A stretch of 64,000 nucleotides of DNA from Octopus vulgaris (lineage: Eukaryota). The notes below the pieces were generated by a model. That model saw nothing but the letters and a program-made list of their open reading frames with translations. It was not told where the DNA came from and searched no databases. Made by a program: the position numbers and the translations under genes. The DNA lies in assembly GCA_951406725.2 (NCBI GenBank), contig OX597822.1:46314001-46378000 (forward strand), read 5' to 3'. Numbering within the stretch: the stretch's first letter is position 1; every line of letters starts with the position of its first letter. Shown piece after piece: positions 37,946 through 51,526 of this stretch.

Positions 37946-40900
37946 TGAGCTAACTTCTTCCCAACTACAATTTTAATCTGTATGCACTTCAGTGTTGTTG
38001 ACTATTCACCAATGCATCAAGTTGTTCCTGAAAAAAGGAGCCATAAAAAAAAAATCATTAAATTCAGCCCAAACACTCTGCAAATATGACCAGAGAGATA
38101 GGGATTTTAAGTATGAAACAATGAGTACAAAACTGTTTCTTTTTCTATTTTTGTTATTGGTTTGGTCAGAAAAAAAGGGCTGTGCACAGAAAGTAAGGCC
38201 TTTCATAGCCCTCTTGGACATTTACAAGTTCAGAGCTGCATAAAAAACACTAATGGCAGAAAGGGAATACTAGAAGGACAATGGTCAAGGGAGAAAGGAC
38301 ACGTCAGATTGATTAGTGCAAGGCCTGGTTAGGGGAAATAGCAATATGGATGACAACAGATGAGACACATGAGTAAAGATTACTTGAGTTGCACTTACAT
38401 GAGTCAGCACTAAAGAGCAGAAGCCATTATAGTAGAAAAAGCAGAAAGAGGAGACAGCATGTCTATGGGTCAAAAGTTAGAGTATGTTTGTGAATTACTT
38501 CAAGTCAATCAATAAAATGGTCTGTCTATAAATGCAGCCTAAGATGTCTGTTATGTAGAGTAGCAACAAAACTCCAGACATAGGAACATTACGCCATTGT
38601 GCATCTCACTGGAGCTTGGCAGAGGTCCGGTGGTAGTTGTGAGGATGAAGTATTCTAGCCTGAAGATGTGTATTCACCAGGATAGATTTTCAATGTGAGG
38701 CATAATTTCTGTAGCAACCTTGAAAATTTTAGTTGCATGCTGTTTGTGTTTAATGGCAAGTGATAATATCTACTTGATATATGTGACTGAGTCTGTGCTA
38801 TTGAAGGAGAAATGACTGACATGATTCCACGGGAGAATATTTTTTGAGGTCCCTATCTAGAAAGTCAGTGTCAGCTTGGTGTGAGGTGTCTAGATTACAA
38901 TAACATTGTCGGTGTGATGGTGCAACCCACAGGTTTACTACAATACTAACTTATCGTTATCATTTTATGCCACGACAGTGCTGGTGCCATGAAAAAGAAT
39001 CCAGTACACTCTGTAAAGTGGTTGGCATTAGGAAGGAAGGACATCCAACTGTAGAAATCATACCAAAACTGGCAATTGGACCTTGGTGCAGCTCTCCAAC
39101 TTGCAAGCTTCCATCAAACTGTCCGACCCATGCTAGCATGAAAAACAGACATTAAATGATGATGCTGATGATGATGACGACGACGACGATGATGGTGGTG
39201 ATGATGATTTTCTATGCTTACATGGGTCAGACTTTGTTGAGGCAGACTTTCTATGATTCAATACTCTCCCTGTTGTCAACTCTCATCTGTTTCCAAGTAA
39301 GGTAATATTTTCTCATAGCAAGACATGTTTTTCATGGAATACCAGAAAGGAGCAACCTCACAAGTGGCCACCCAACAGTGTTCAACTACCCAGAATGCAT
39401 TCACATGATTCTTCTGTGATGCTGTGTATTTTTTTTATACAGATTTATGTACTTGTACCCATCAATATGGAACCAGTGAACAGAAAATATACAAAGATGC
39501 TTGATTCTAACAAATGACTCAGATGGGGTATTCTATACAAGAAAAGATACGGATAATCCAGAATGTGATGGTTGAAGCTTCATACAGTGGGCCACGAGTT
39601 TGGTATCAATGAATCTACCATTCATTTCCATTTATAAAATGTGTGGCGATGATTCATCTACTACTGTTTCATTTATCACCGGTTTTTTTTAGAACCCAAC
39701 TCGTGTGGTAAACCAGAACAGATATGTTCTTCAGTCTACAGATCCATGCAGAGAGTAAACCCATCCACTCAAGCCACATTCACCTCTCTCTCACCGACCA
39801 TTTAAGTCATCCTCAACTCCTTCTCATAGGAATACATGAAGAATTTGGAGAGAAATTAGTCGAAGAGGAAAGTGTGTTCTCAATTCTTTCCATTTTCACT
39901 GCTATACGACTTCTTTTACCATTGCAACAAAACAAAACTGTCTGCCCTTCCCAAACAAAGGAAGGAGTTAGGGTACTTTTACAATAGATTTGCCTGATAA
40001 CTGGATCCTTCTTACATGCGACAACAGCTGTTTGACATAACTCCACAAGTCAGCAATGCTAAGACACAGAAAGAACACATGAAGAATGGTTTCATCACTC
40101 AATGAGCATCTTGAACAAGCCTAACATACAGCCTCTCTGTACCCATAGTGTCAGACTAAGGATTTCTAGAAGTGTCCATAATCCTCAAGGTGAAATTCCT
40201 CCAGACTCGACCAATCAATTGATCTCCAGTGACATCTTGAGTCAATGAAAAAAATGGGTCTCTTGCCTATCACTAAACCCCTACAAGATACAAGGATTGA
40301 CATATCATCAACAATATTCTTTTCTACTCTAGGCACAAGGCCTGAAATTTTTGTGGGGGGAAGGGGTGGCCAGTCGATTAGATCGACCTCAATACGCAAC
40401 TGGTACTTAATTCATTGACCCTCCGAAAGGATGAAAGGCAAAGTCGACCTCGGTGGAATTTGAATGTAAAGACAGACAAAATACCGCTAAGCATTTTGCC
40501 CAGTGTACTAACATTTCTGCCAGCTTGCTGCCTTTGGAAAAGTGGACATTGTTTTCTACTCTAGGCACGAGGCCTAAATTTGGGGGGAAGGGGGGGGGGA
40601 AGTCAATTAGATTGACCCCAGTATAAAGTCAGACAATCAGTTGTAATAGAGTCGTTGTACAAGTTCTCAGTTGGAGTCAGTGTTAGTTACGTGATATATA
40701 TAAGTCCGAGTTACCACCAAGGTAGAGGTTTCAAAGTCATTGTCTTGCGAAGCTATCAGCAATAGCACAATAGATGAGTCAAAGACAATAAAATGAGGAA
40801 TACTGCCACAACAGATTAGTGGCGACAAGAATATTGCAGTGTCGACAATAACATACGAAGTGGATGAGGATCCACATTATAACAATAACAGATATAAAAA

Positions 40901-41149
40901 ATATTTTTTTTAAATCCTAAGAGAGGAAAAGCAAATAAAGCCAACACCTGAGCAGATTAACTCCAGGGTCAAGACTGACAGACAAGAAAAAGAAACAAGC
41001 TTCTGAGACCCTCTTGTAAACAATGCTGTTATTATGGCTGGTAACTTTAACTAACATGTTGGACAATACCAGATTGGCTATTCTAAAATATATGGAGGTT
41101 ATGGCCATAGCATAATAAATGAAGGTCCTTGGAATTCTATGGTATAAAT

Positions 41150-41640
41150 GACCTAACCATTTTTGTAACGAAAATTTCAGAAAGACAATCAGCCACTAAG
41201 CAAGACTTTATTCACACAAGTAAACAGGGTAGACAGATGAATGAGAGAATTAAGCCTTTCCCCAGTGAAGAATGTTCCACTTAACAGAGATTAGTGGTTA
41301 GTGACTTCAGAATAAGACCAGCAGAGACTTGAGTACAAATGACAATCTTCAGAAGGAGGACACAGAAGTTGAAAGAGCCATAAAATTGCAGCAGGCTCAG
41401 AGATATACTAATTAACAAATATGAAAAGAGAGGATGAGAATGAAACCTAAAATAGCTCTGTTGATGAAGCCACAAAGTCTAAAAGACAGGTCTGGAAAGA
41501 TTGGAAGAAAGTGGGTAGCAAAGAGCTGTCAAAAAGTAAGAAGAGAAGCTAGACGTCAGATATATTTAGCAAGGAGAGAAGCCGAAAGTAATAGGTTTGC
41601 CAAAGTTTTGAGACATAACGAACAGAAATATTCTAGTTTG
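41150..41640 (+). mobile_element. Degraded RTE ORF fragment (endonuclease end and linker)
   Basis: KPFPSEECST*QRLVVSDFRI and KVRREARRQIYLARREAESNRFAKVLR resemble the RTE linker region. Confidence 0.55.
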
Positions 41641-41648
41641 AAGGTAGT

Positions 41649-41679
<31 letters not shown>

Positions 41680-42099
41680 CCACCACCACCACCACTTAAT
41701 GTCCATGTCCCATGCTGGTATGGGTTCGATGGTTTGACAGGATTCAATTGGCCCAAGTGTTCCAGTGTCTACCTTGTCATGGTTGCTGTAATTGGATGCC
41801 CTTTCTAATGCAATATGCAAGTGAAAGTCAAGATGTTGCAGTGGAGAAGAGCATAGTGATTGACAATGACACACTTGCTCTTACATAGACATTGGAAATG
41901 CTATTATGACAGGTTGATAAATGAGGAGAATGCATGGGACAAAGAGATTGTTCCCTGTGCAGGCTTAAAAAAAAGGACAAGTTATTCTTGTTGACAGCAA
42001 TTTGGTGACAAATGCAACTCAAGAGATAAAGGCTGAAGTCCACCAAGCCTCAGTTTTCAGCCTCTTTGAGTTTAAAATAAGAAGGATCTCAGCAGATAC

Positions 42100-42377
42100 G
42101 ATCAACAGAACAACTTGCTTGTGAAATTAACATGCAATTGGCTGAGCACTCCATAGACACGTGTACCCTTAACATAGTTCTGAGAGAGATTCAACGTGAC
42201 AGAGTGTGGCAAGGCCGGCCCTTTGAAATACAGGTACAACTCATTTTTGCCAGCTGAGTGGACTGGAGCAACGTGAAATAAAGTGTCTTGCTCAAGGACA
42301 CAACGCGTCACCGGGAATTGAACTCACGACCTTACAATCGTGAGCCGATTGCCTTAACCTCTAAGCCACGCACCATC
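42100..42377 (-). mobile_element. tRNA-derived SINE family B
   Basis: Minus strand ggtgcgtggcttagaggttaagg (A box), gagttcaattccc (B box), then tgtgtccttgagcaagacactt. Confidence 0.85.
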
Positions 42378-42701
42378 ACTAAAATAGACCACCAGGTATA
42401 ACAGGAGTTTAAGACTAGCTGTTCTCAGGAACCCCTATATAATGATGACCCAGTTCTTGTAAGAAAAGATATGATGTAATTAGAGAAGAAACTCCAGATG
42501 TGAGAGCAAAAGCAAGAATCAAGAGGCTTCAAAGAAAACTTAGCAAAGGCTAGAAAAGGAAACAGGAACCTGCTATCATCAGGAAAATGGCCATACTTGA
42601 TGTGCAGAAAAGAAGTAGGTAAAAACTTAACAATTAACTCAGGGAGGCTAACAAAAAAGGATATCTCCTAATATAATAATGAGCGTAGTGTTTTTATATA
42701 T

Positions 42702-42741
<40 letters not shown>

Positions 42742-45149
42742 TTGTCCAGAATCACGCCGGATGTGGAGGGGGAGAGAAAATGGTAATTCAGTGAAGGAGA
42801 AGTAGTGAGAGTAATAGCCCTGACTGAGAGAGAGTGAGAGAAAGTAATGGCAATGAAAGAAAGGAAAGGGTGATAGATGAATAAGGAAGGAAGGAGTGAA
42901 AAAAAAATCAGCATTTTAACTCTGTGTGAGTATATGAGTGTATGTGTGTACGTGTACAAGGGAAGTATGTAAATATTTGTATGTGTGATTATTTTGTACT
43001 TTATTAATATATAAAATACTACAATTAGCCGACATTATTGACAGCATGTGATCAGCTAATACTTTATAAGCAGTAGATGCTTAGGAGCAGTGAGCACTAA
43101 AGGTACACATGAAATGGACGGCATTGGCATCGACCACATTTGGATGGTGCTAGAAAAAGTTCAGAGTTGTAACTTTCGCTGGTAACAGAGAGTTTCTTGC
43201 TCAGAGCGAAAAGCTGATTGTATGATACTTGTGTAAGAAGCGTGGTCCTGGGAGATGAAACATAGGCCTAGAATGCAAAGGATTTGCAAAAATTGGAAAG
43301 AGAAAGGAACCTTGCTGGGTGTGTAGTACATGTTAGAAGAACAGAGTACAAATGAGCTAAGAGGAAATCTGTGTATAAAAGAAATTAAATGTCATAGGCA
43401 TGAGAGAAGGTTGTGATGGTAGAGGAATCTGATATAAAAGGAGGATGAGATAGATATAAAAGGAAAAGTGCAGAGTGCTCAAAGTGGATGGAACTTATGA
43501 AAAAGGGAGACCAAGATAGAGGGTGAAGATTGATCTCAGGATATTAAGTCTCACAGAAATGAAAAAGAACTGTAATGATTGGTGACAAGCAATCCAGGAA
43601 AAGACTTGTGCAAGCATGGCATAACAAACATTAAAATAATGGAGTCTGGGATGTACAATATATTTACATCTAGGTCTCTTGCCCAATATGTCTCTGCAGC
43701 CTTCCCCTACATCCTTGATATTATCTCTTCTCTCAATCACTCTTTCCTATTCATTGTATCCTGCTTTATCCATGTAACAAGGAATGTCATTGGATCTACC
43801 CAACACTCCCTCATCTCTCTGAAAATCCCTCACTCCCTCCTCTATTAACCATATCATGTTGCTCACATAACAAGGAACGGTACTAGACCCACCTGTACTG
43901 AATTCCCCTCCAACCAGCATCCTTATCATTCCACCTTTCCCACCCATCATAATGTGGATAGAGGATTGCATCAGATCTGTTTGTACCCTATACACTCTAT
44001 CATCCTTTCTGTTCTACAAGTCATCACATCCTCTTTCAAAGACACTCATTATTAATATCCCTCACTCTTTCTCTCCCTTACCAAACCTATTACAATTCAT
44101 CACTCTCTCCCTTTCTTCCACCAACTCATTATAATCACATTGTTTCTACCACCATACACCTGTTCCCTTCACCCACAAGCCAGTCAGGCAGACTTCTTTT
44201 ACCAGGAAATCATCATCATCATCATCATCATCATATCATTTAACATCCATTTTCCATGCTGGCATGGGTTGGATGGTTTGACAGGAGCTGGCAAGCCAGA
44301 GGGCTGCACCAGGCATCAGTTGGTTTTTTACAGCTGGATACCCTTCCTAACACCAACCACTTTACAGAGTATATTGGGTGCTTTTTACATAGCACCAGCA
44401 CAGATGTTTTATATGTGCCACCTCAATAGTACTGGTGGAACGAAAAAGGCATCCAGTACACAGTATGAAGTGGTTGGTGTTAGGAAGGGCATCCAGCCAA
44501 AGGAACCAGCCCACCTCTATAATAATTTTCCAAGCCACAAAAGCAGAGTTTAAGACTGGCTGTCTGTGGGATATCTTATACGTTAATGACTGAATACATA
44601 AAGTAGAGTCTGTAGGGAAATTAGAGAAGAAAGTCTTGATGAAGAGGCAAAACTTAGAATCAAGAAGCCTCAGCTTGCTTCCCAATCGCATGATCCTAAG
44701 TTCAGTACCACTGCATGGCAACTTGAGAGAGCGTCTTCTACTATAGCCCTGATGAAACCAAAGTCTTGTGAGTGGATCTGGGAGATAGAAACTGAAAGAA
44801 ACTCATTTGTGTATGTGTCTGTCTGTTTATGTGAGTGTGTGCGTAACTTTGTCTTGACATCATGCAATGACTGTAAACAGATATCACTGTCATACAAATG
44901 GTCTTGTTCATCTTTTGTCTTCCATTGTGAAATATTACATTGCTTGGAAACTAGTAAGGGTTGCAACAAGGAATCCAATCATAGAAAGTATACCATAACA
45001 AATTCCATCTGACCCAAGTAAGCATAGAAAAATGGATGTTTAATGATGATGAAAATGCACAGGAATCTGCTGCCATCAAGGAAATGGTTCTGATCAGTAT
45101 GAAGAGAAAAACGAGGTATTAATATACAGCATATACAATGTGAACAATG

Positions 45150-45875
45150 AGTGTACAGGAAGTCACTCTGCCAGAATTTTGGAAACGATATGCTGCACCG
45201 CTTGACATTCATGCCAGAAGCTCCAATATGAACATTTCAGAGTGTTTGGGTGTCAGTTCGCAGACAGTGCAATCTGAGGACATGTATCAAGAGTGATTAA
45301 AATCAAACATCCAGTCAACATCATGGTGTTTGGAGTGATTACTAGTGATGGCAACGTTATGCCTCCATTCATCTTCCCACACAGCCTCACACTCAACATG
45401 GAGGTCTACATCAAGTGTCTTGGAGGAGGTAGTGCTGCCCAGGGTCAAGAGGGTGGCTGCTGGGAGACCCTATGTCTGACAACAGGACTCTGCACCATGA
45501 CACACAAGCAGGAGAACCCAGTCATGAAAGTCAGAAAAATTCTGTGATCATATCACCCCTAACTGCCCAGACTGCAACCCCCTTCATTATTATGTGTGGG
45601 ATGCAGTTGAGTGAGTGACCAACAAAAACTCCTTGTAACACCAAATACGAACTGAAGGCAAGGATTATGGCAACATTTACCAACTTAAACAAGATCATCC
45701 AGGAGAGTTGCTGGAAATTCTGATGGTTGAAGCCAATGGCGATTTTATTGAATAAATTTACTCTTTAGTATTTCAAGATATTTTTATGTAATTTTGGTAA
45801 ATATATCTGTTAAAATGAGATATCAGTGTTATTTTCATTTTTGTATAATTTAGACAATATATTCACCACACCCTG
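45150..45875 (+). mobile_element. Internally deleted maT/DD37D transposon
   Basis: EFWKRYA...NISECLGV N-terminus fused to KHPVNIMVFGVITSDGNVMPP...QQDSAP...PDCNPL(H)YYVW; right end attcaccacaccctg|TA. Confidence 0.85.
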
Positions 45876-46214
45876 TATATATGCACACACACATATATAT
45901 ATGTGCAGACATGGTTGTGTTGTAAGAAGCTTGCTTCCTGATCACATGGTTCCAGGTTCAGTCCCATTGCATAGCACCTAGGGCACGTGTCTTCTATTAT
46001 AGCCTTGGGCCAACGAAAACCTTGTGAGTTGCTTTGGCATACGGAAACTGAAAGAAGCCCATAATATATCTTCATTATCATCACCATCATTTAACATCCG
46101 TCTTCCAAGCATGCGTGGATAGGATGGTTGATAGAGCCAGCCAGGTATAAGACGACCCCAGACTACTGAGTCTGTTTTGGTAGTGTTTTTATGGCTGGAT
46201 GCCCTTCCAAATAT

Positions 46215-46848
46215 ATACAGCTGTGTGAAGAAGTGCTGATCTCTAACAGCGGAGGGAAGTTGTGGAAGAGGGAGATCTAGGAAGACATGGGACAAGGTGG
46301 TAAAGCATGATCTTCGAACATTGAGCCTCACTGAGGCAATGACTAGTGACCAAGATCTTTGGCGATGTGCTGTGCTTGAGAAGACCCGTCAAGTCAAGAG
46401 AAATCATAGTTGTGGCCATTGTCGGTGTTACATAACTGGCACTTATGTCGGTGGCACATAAAAAGCACCTTTCGAGCATTGGGCCACACAGAAGCAATGT
46501 GGCTGATGCCAGTGTCACATCAAAAGCAGCTTTCAAGCATTGGGCCTCATGGAGGCAATGACAGATAACTGAGACCTTTGTCATTATACTGTGAATGAGA
46601 AGGCCCATCAAGCCAAGGGAAATCACAGTCGTGGCAGATACTGGTGTCATGCAACTGACACCCAAGCTAGTGGCACATAAAAAGCACCTATTACACTCTC
46701 GGAGTGGTTGGCATTAGGAAGAGCATCCAGCCATAGAAACCATACCAAATCAGACTAGAGTTTAGTGCAACCGTCCAACTTACCAGCCCTGGTCAAACCA
46801 TCCAACCCATGCCAGCTTGTACAGCAGACATTAAGTGATGATGATGAT
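46215..46848 (+). mobile_element. 5'-truncated RTE LINE (RT C-terminus plus 3' UTR)
   Basis: CVKKC*SLTAEGSCGRGRSRKTWDKVVKHDLRTLSLTEAMTSD matches the 63254-63472 peptide; ends gatgatgatgat. Confidence 0.85.
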
Positions 46849-46925
46849 ACATGTGTGTGTGCCACCAACCCACAGCTTGATTATGTATACATACAGGCAT
46901 ATGTTTACACATACAGATATTACAT

Positions 46926-47265
46926 AGGTGCAGGAGTGGCTGTGTGGTAAGTAGCTTGCTTACCAACTACATGGTTCTGGGTTCAGCCTCAGGCCGACCA
47001 AAGCCTTGGGAGTGGATTTGGTAGACGGAAACTGAAAGAAGCCCGTCGTATATGTGTGAGTGTGTGTGACTGTGTTTCTCTCTTCACCATCGCTTGACAA
47101 CTGATGCTGGTGTGTTTACAACCCTGTAACTTAGCAGTTCAGCAAAAACGACTTATAGAATAAGTACTAGGCTTACAAAGAATAAGTCCTGGGGTCGATT
47201 TGTTCAAATAAAGGTGGTGCTCCAGCATGACCACAGTCAAATAACCGAAACAAATGAAAGAACAA
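46926..47265 (+). mobile_element. tRNA-derived SINE family A
   Basis: ggtgcaggagtggctgtgtggtaagtagcttgc head and family tail. Confidence 0.9.
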
Positions 47266-47535
47266 AAGAATATACATATATGTATACATATATAGACAGA
47301 GAAAGAGGAAGAGAGGGAAGGTGGGAGAGGCAAAGTTGTGTAGTTACGGAATTTACTTCATACCCACAAAGTTTCAGCTTCCATCCCACTGCATCAACCT
47401 TCAGCAAGTGGTTACCAGAGGGAGCAATGGCAAGAATGAAAACTGGTAGATGGATACTGTACAGGATACTATCATATATATATATATATGTATATTTGCA
47501 TTCAGAATCACTTCCCATTGCCAAGCACTGGCTGT

Positions 47536-47580
47536 CACATGCTGATGACGGTTCAATACCCAGAAACTTGGGTCCGTGTG
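47536..47580 (+). ncRNA. Minimal type I hammerhead ribozyme motif
   Basis: Helix I CACATG/CGTGTG, core CTGATGA 47542-47548, imperfect helix II CGGTTCAATACCCA, GAAA 47563-47566, helix III AC-TTGG-GT, GTC site ending at 47574. Confidence 0.75.
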
Positions 47581-47769
47581 TATCATGTCAGGCTGAAGAT
47601 GGGAATGATGATTTTCCTTTGCAAAAACTGATAGGGGACAATAGCCAGCTGGAGAACATGTTCTTCTGGGGCTACAAGCTACAGTAGCATCAACCCTTAA
47701 GGGTTAGCCACATTTAGGTGGCAAATATACTTCACGATATTGTGCAGCTACTGTTTATACCTCGCTCAG

Positions 47770-47849
47770 ATATATATATATATACCTGTACCCATATATG
47801 CATGTATATATACATATATTGCAGGTATGTACATATATGTATGCATATA

Positions 47850-47890
<41 letters not shown>

Positions 47891-47978
47891 GTACCCATAT
47901 ATGCATGTATATATACATATATTGCAGGTATGTACATATATGTATGCATATATGCATATATATATATATATATATATA
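47770..47978. repeat. Tandem duplication of about 100 bp bounded by (TA)n
   Basis: cctgtacccatatatgcatg...ttgcaggtatgtacatatatgtatgcatatatgc occurs twice. Confidence 0.9.
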
Positions 47979-47988
47979 TTATTTATAT

Positions 47989-48032
<44 letters not shown>

Positions 48033-48090
48033 AGTATTTGACTGACAATTATAGTTCTCCTTTTTGGTAATACATTGCAAACTGCTGTCT

Positions 48091-48153
<63 letters not shown>

Positions 48154-48170
48154 AAACTGAAAAAAGCATC

Positions 48171-48566
48171 GGTGCAGGTGTGGCTGTGTGGTAAGAAGCT
48201 TGTTTCCCAACCACATGGTTCCAGGTTCAGTCCCACTGCGTGGCACCTTGGGCAAGTGCCTTCTACTATAGCTTCAGGCCAACCAAAACCTTGTGCATAA
48301 ATTTGGCAGACAGAAACTGAAAGAAGCCCATCATATATATATATATATTAATGTGTGTATGCCTTTGTGTTTGTCCTCCCCCACCATCACTTGAAAACTG
48401 ATGTTGGTGTGCTAATGTCCCCAAAACTTAGTGGTTCGGCAGAAAAGACCAATAGAATAAATACTAGGCTTGCAAAGAATAAGTCATGGGGTCGATTTCT
48501 TCAACTAAAGGTGGTGCTCCAGCATGGCCACAGTCAAATGACTGAAACATGTAATGGAGTAAAAGA
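48171..48566 (+). mobile_element. tRNA-derived SINE family A, full length
   Basis: Head, ggcaccttgggcaagtgccttc core, internal TA/TG tract and tail all present. Confidence 0.9.
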
Positions 48567-48664
48567 ATATATATATATATATATTTATCGTTTGTAGAAA
48601 ACATAAATCCAGAGACGTACACTCTAAGATGTAGAGCAGTGAATATTTTTAAAATGGGGAAGGC

Positions 48665-48903
48665 CGGTTTATGGTATCACCTTGGGTTTCCCATCCATAA
48701 AGGGTTTAGCTTTATGGTGTATTGTCAGACCCCAAAAACTGTTAACCTAAGACCTCTTCAAAATATGGAGGGGGTTTACCATCGTAGGGTTTTCCTCCTC
48801 CTTATCTTGAAGAGGTCTTAGGCCAACAGGTTTCAGGGTCCGACGATACGCCATAAAGCTAAACCTCTTATGGACGGGAGACCCAGGGTAATACTATAAA
48901 CCG
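48665..48903. repeat. Hairpin-forming inverted repeat (MITE-like), arms of about 105 bp
   Basis: cggtttatggtat...ctaagacctcttcaa and ttgaagaggtcttag...atactataaaccg are reverse complements. Confidence 0.9.
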
Positions 48904-49240
48904 TTCCAGGTTCAGTCCTGCAGCATGGCACCTTGGGCAAGTGTCTTCTACTACAGCTTCAGGCCACCAAAGCCTTGTGAATGGATTTGGTAGATGGAAA
49001 CTGAAAGAAGCCCATTGTATATATGTATATATTTATGTGTGCATCTTTGTGTCTGTCCCCTCAACCATCGCTTAACAACCGATGTTGGTGCGTTTACATC
49101 CCCATAACTTAGCTATTCAGCAAAGGAGACCGAAAGAATAAGCACCAGGCTTACAAAGAATAAATCCTGGGGTCAATTTCTCCAACTAAAAGGTAGTGCT
49201 CCAGCATGGTCACAGCTAAATGACTGAAACAAGTAACAGA
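48904..49240 (+). mobile_element. SINE family A, 5'-truncated, abutting the hairpin
   Basis: Starts at ttccaggttcagtcc; remainder matches the family. Confidence 0.85.
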
Positions 49241-49556
49241 ATATATATAGGTTTGGTTGTACAAATACGATAGATAGAACTCAAAACATGAACATATATA
49301 TATGTGTGTGTGTGTGTTGAGTCAAGTAAAACCAAAATCATAGCTGTGGTCACTGTCACCTGACTGGTTCCTGTGCCAGTGGCACATAAAAAGCACCCTC
49401 CACACTCTCGGAGTGATTGATATTAGGAAGGGCATCCAGCTGTAGAAACCTTATCAGATCAGATTGGAGCCTGGTGCAGCCGCTGGCTCTCCAGACCTCA
49501 GTCAAACATTCCAACCCATGCCAGCATGGAAAACGGACATTGAATGATAATGATGA

Positions 49557-49592
<36 letters not shown>

Positions 49593-49889
49593 CTCCATTC
49601 ATCTAACAGAAGAAATGTACACACACGTGGAACCTTAAAGGACACAAAAATGTAAGCCTAAAGACTTAACAAACTTTTTCCTTTTTCCCCTCTCTATATT
49701 CCTCCGATAAACTCTAAATCATTCTGACAATGTTTGTTCAATGGAATGAGATAAATGCTAATTTACTTCAAAATAACAAACTGAAACTGAAACAGTTATA
49801 AATGTTTTTTAACTACAATTAAACAATGACCTTTAAATACCAGTGATCAACTTCTAATTGTTAATGGTTGCTCCATTTCTGTTCTTATC

Positions 49890-49919
<30 letters not shown>

Positions 49920-49924
<5 letters not shown>

Positions 49925-50480
49925 TCATCATCATCATCATTATTTGACGTCTGCTTTCCATGCTAGCATGGGTTGAAAGATTTGACTGAGTGGCGAACCA
50001 GATGGCTGCACCAGGCTCCAATCTTGATCTGGCAGAATTTCTACAGCTGGATGCCCTTCCTAACGACATCCACTCCGAGAGTGTAGTGAGTGCTTTTACG
50101 TGCCACCTGCACAGCAGCCAGTCCAGCTGCACTAGCAACGATCTCGCTCGAATGTTTTTTCACGTGCCACCAGCATAAGTGCCAGTAAGGCGACACTGGT
50201 AGCGATCATGCTCAAATGGTGCTTTTTATGTGCCATTTGCATGGAAGCCAGTTAGCTGCTCTGGCAACAATCACACCCAGATGGTGCTCTTAGCGCTCCA
50301 CTAGCACAGATACCAGTCATCAAATTTGATTTTGATTCACTTGCCTCAACAGGTCTTTGCAAGCAAAGTTTAGTGTCCAATAAAAGTAAGGTACGCTTAA
50401 GTGGGCTGGTTACACCCCTGGCATAGGCCACGAGTTTATGGTCTCATTTGGCTTGCTGGGTCTTCTCAAGCACAGCATAT
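49920..50480 (-). mobile_element. RTE 3'-UTR fragment
   Basis: (CAT)n tail and family blocks through to gtcttctcaagcacagcat at the ORF end. Confidence 0.8.
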
Positions 50481-50984
50481 AGTTTTTTTTAATTGGCAGA
50501 AGTTTCAGATTGACTCTAGGGCAGACAGCTTCATTCATGGTAATTAATGCACAAAACTCTTGGTTCAAGAGCTACTGAGTAACTTCTGCTAATTAAGTTT
50601 GTAAGCACAGAAATGAGGGGGGGGGGGGTATGTGCATGCGCACATGTTTGCTCCCACAAACAATAAATCTGATGTTTTAACAGTTTCATGTGAAAACCAG
50701 AGGAAGAGAAATACCTTGTTTGGAAAACAAGTGTTTGCAACAGGAAGAGCACCCAGTCATAGAATACTTCCTTAATAACTTATGTGTAACCTGTGTCTAT
50801 ATGTCAACATTTGATTTTCAAGTGAAGTATTTATATTCCACTGGCCTTTACACAGCATACAAAACCACAAAGATAGGGACATATACTTTATCAGAGACAT
50901 ACAGCCCAGATGCAGCAATCCAGGATGTTCAAAGCCAAGGAGCTAGGAGTCCACACAATATTAGGGATCACATGACCATCAGGT

Positions 50985-51374
50985 TCTTACTAGACCTGAA
51001 TTGTTCTTGCTTCATCATGCAGGACTTGTACTTGATGTCTTTGTTCACCACATGTCTGATAATGGACTCTACCACCTCAAATTACATAGCAATGGCTCTT
51101 GTTGATTGACTCATTGTGATAGTCAACAATGATGTCCCGAACCTGATGGATCCCTTGAGTCACCCCGACTGGGTCAGATCATCAAGAACATTTCTTTTGC
51201 TCAGCTATGGATGGATTGTCCCTGCCAAAGGTCACCAACTTTTTCATGACCTTGAAACACAAAGGACACAGTTATGTTCAAGAAGCTGGCAATTTTTGAG
51301 TTGCAGTGGTTGGTGGTTAGAGCCACTTATATGGTATGCCTCTTCATTCCCTAGGTCAAATTGGAATCTACCGT
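50985..51374 (-). mobile_element. maT/mariner-like transposase N-terminal remnant
   Basis: LT*GMKRHTI*VAL..HCNSKIASFLNI and RAIAM*FEVVESIIRHVVNKDIKYKSCMMK resemble the paired HTH region. Confidence 0.6.
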
Positions 51375-51481
51375 CTGAAAGAGAAAGGAAAAAATTGAAA
51401 TTTGACATATGCTGCATAACATTACATTAGCTTATCTTCCATTTATGGACCACCAAGGTTTGTGCACAAACACTCGGTACA

Positions 51482-51526
<45 letters not shown>

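Noticed and set aside
39480-40310. Unique-looking sequence with short ORFs
   Set aside because: No recognisable domain or splice signals; probably a decayed element that I cannot classify.
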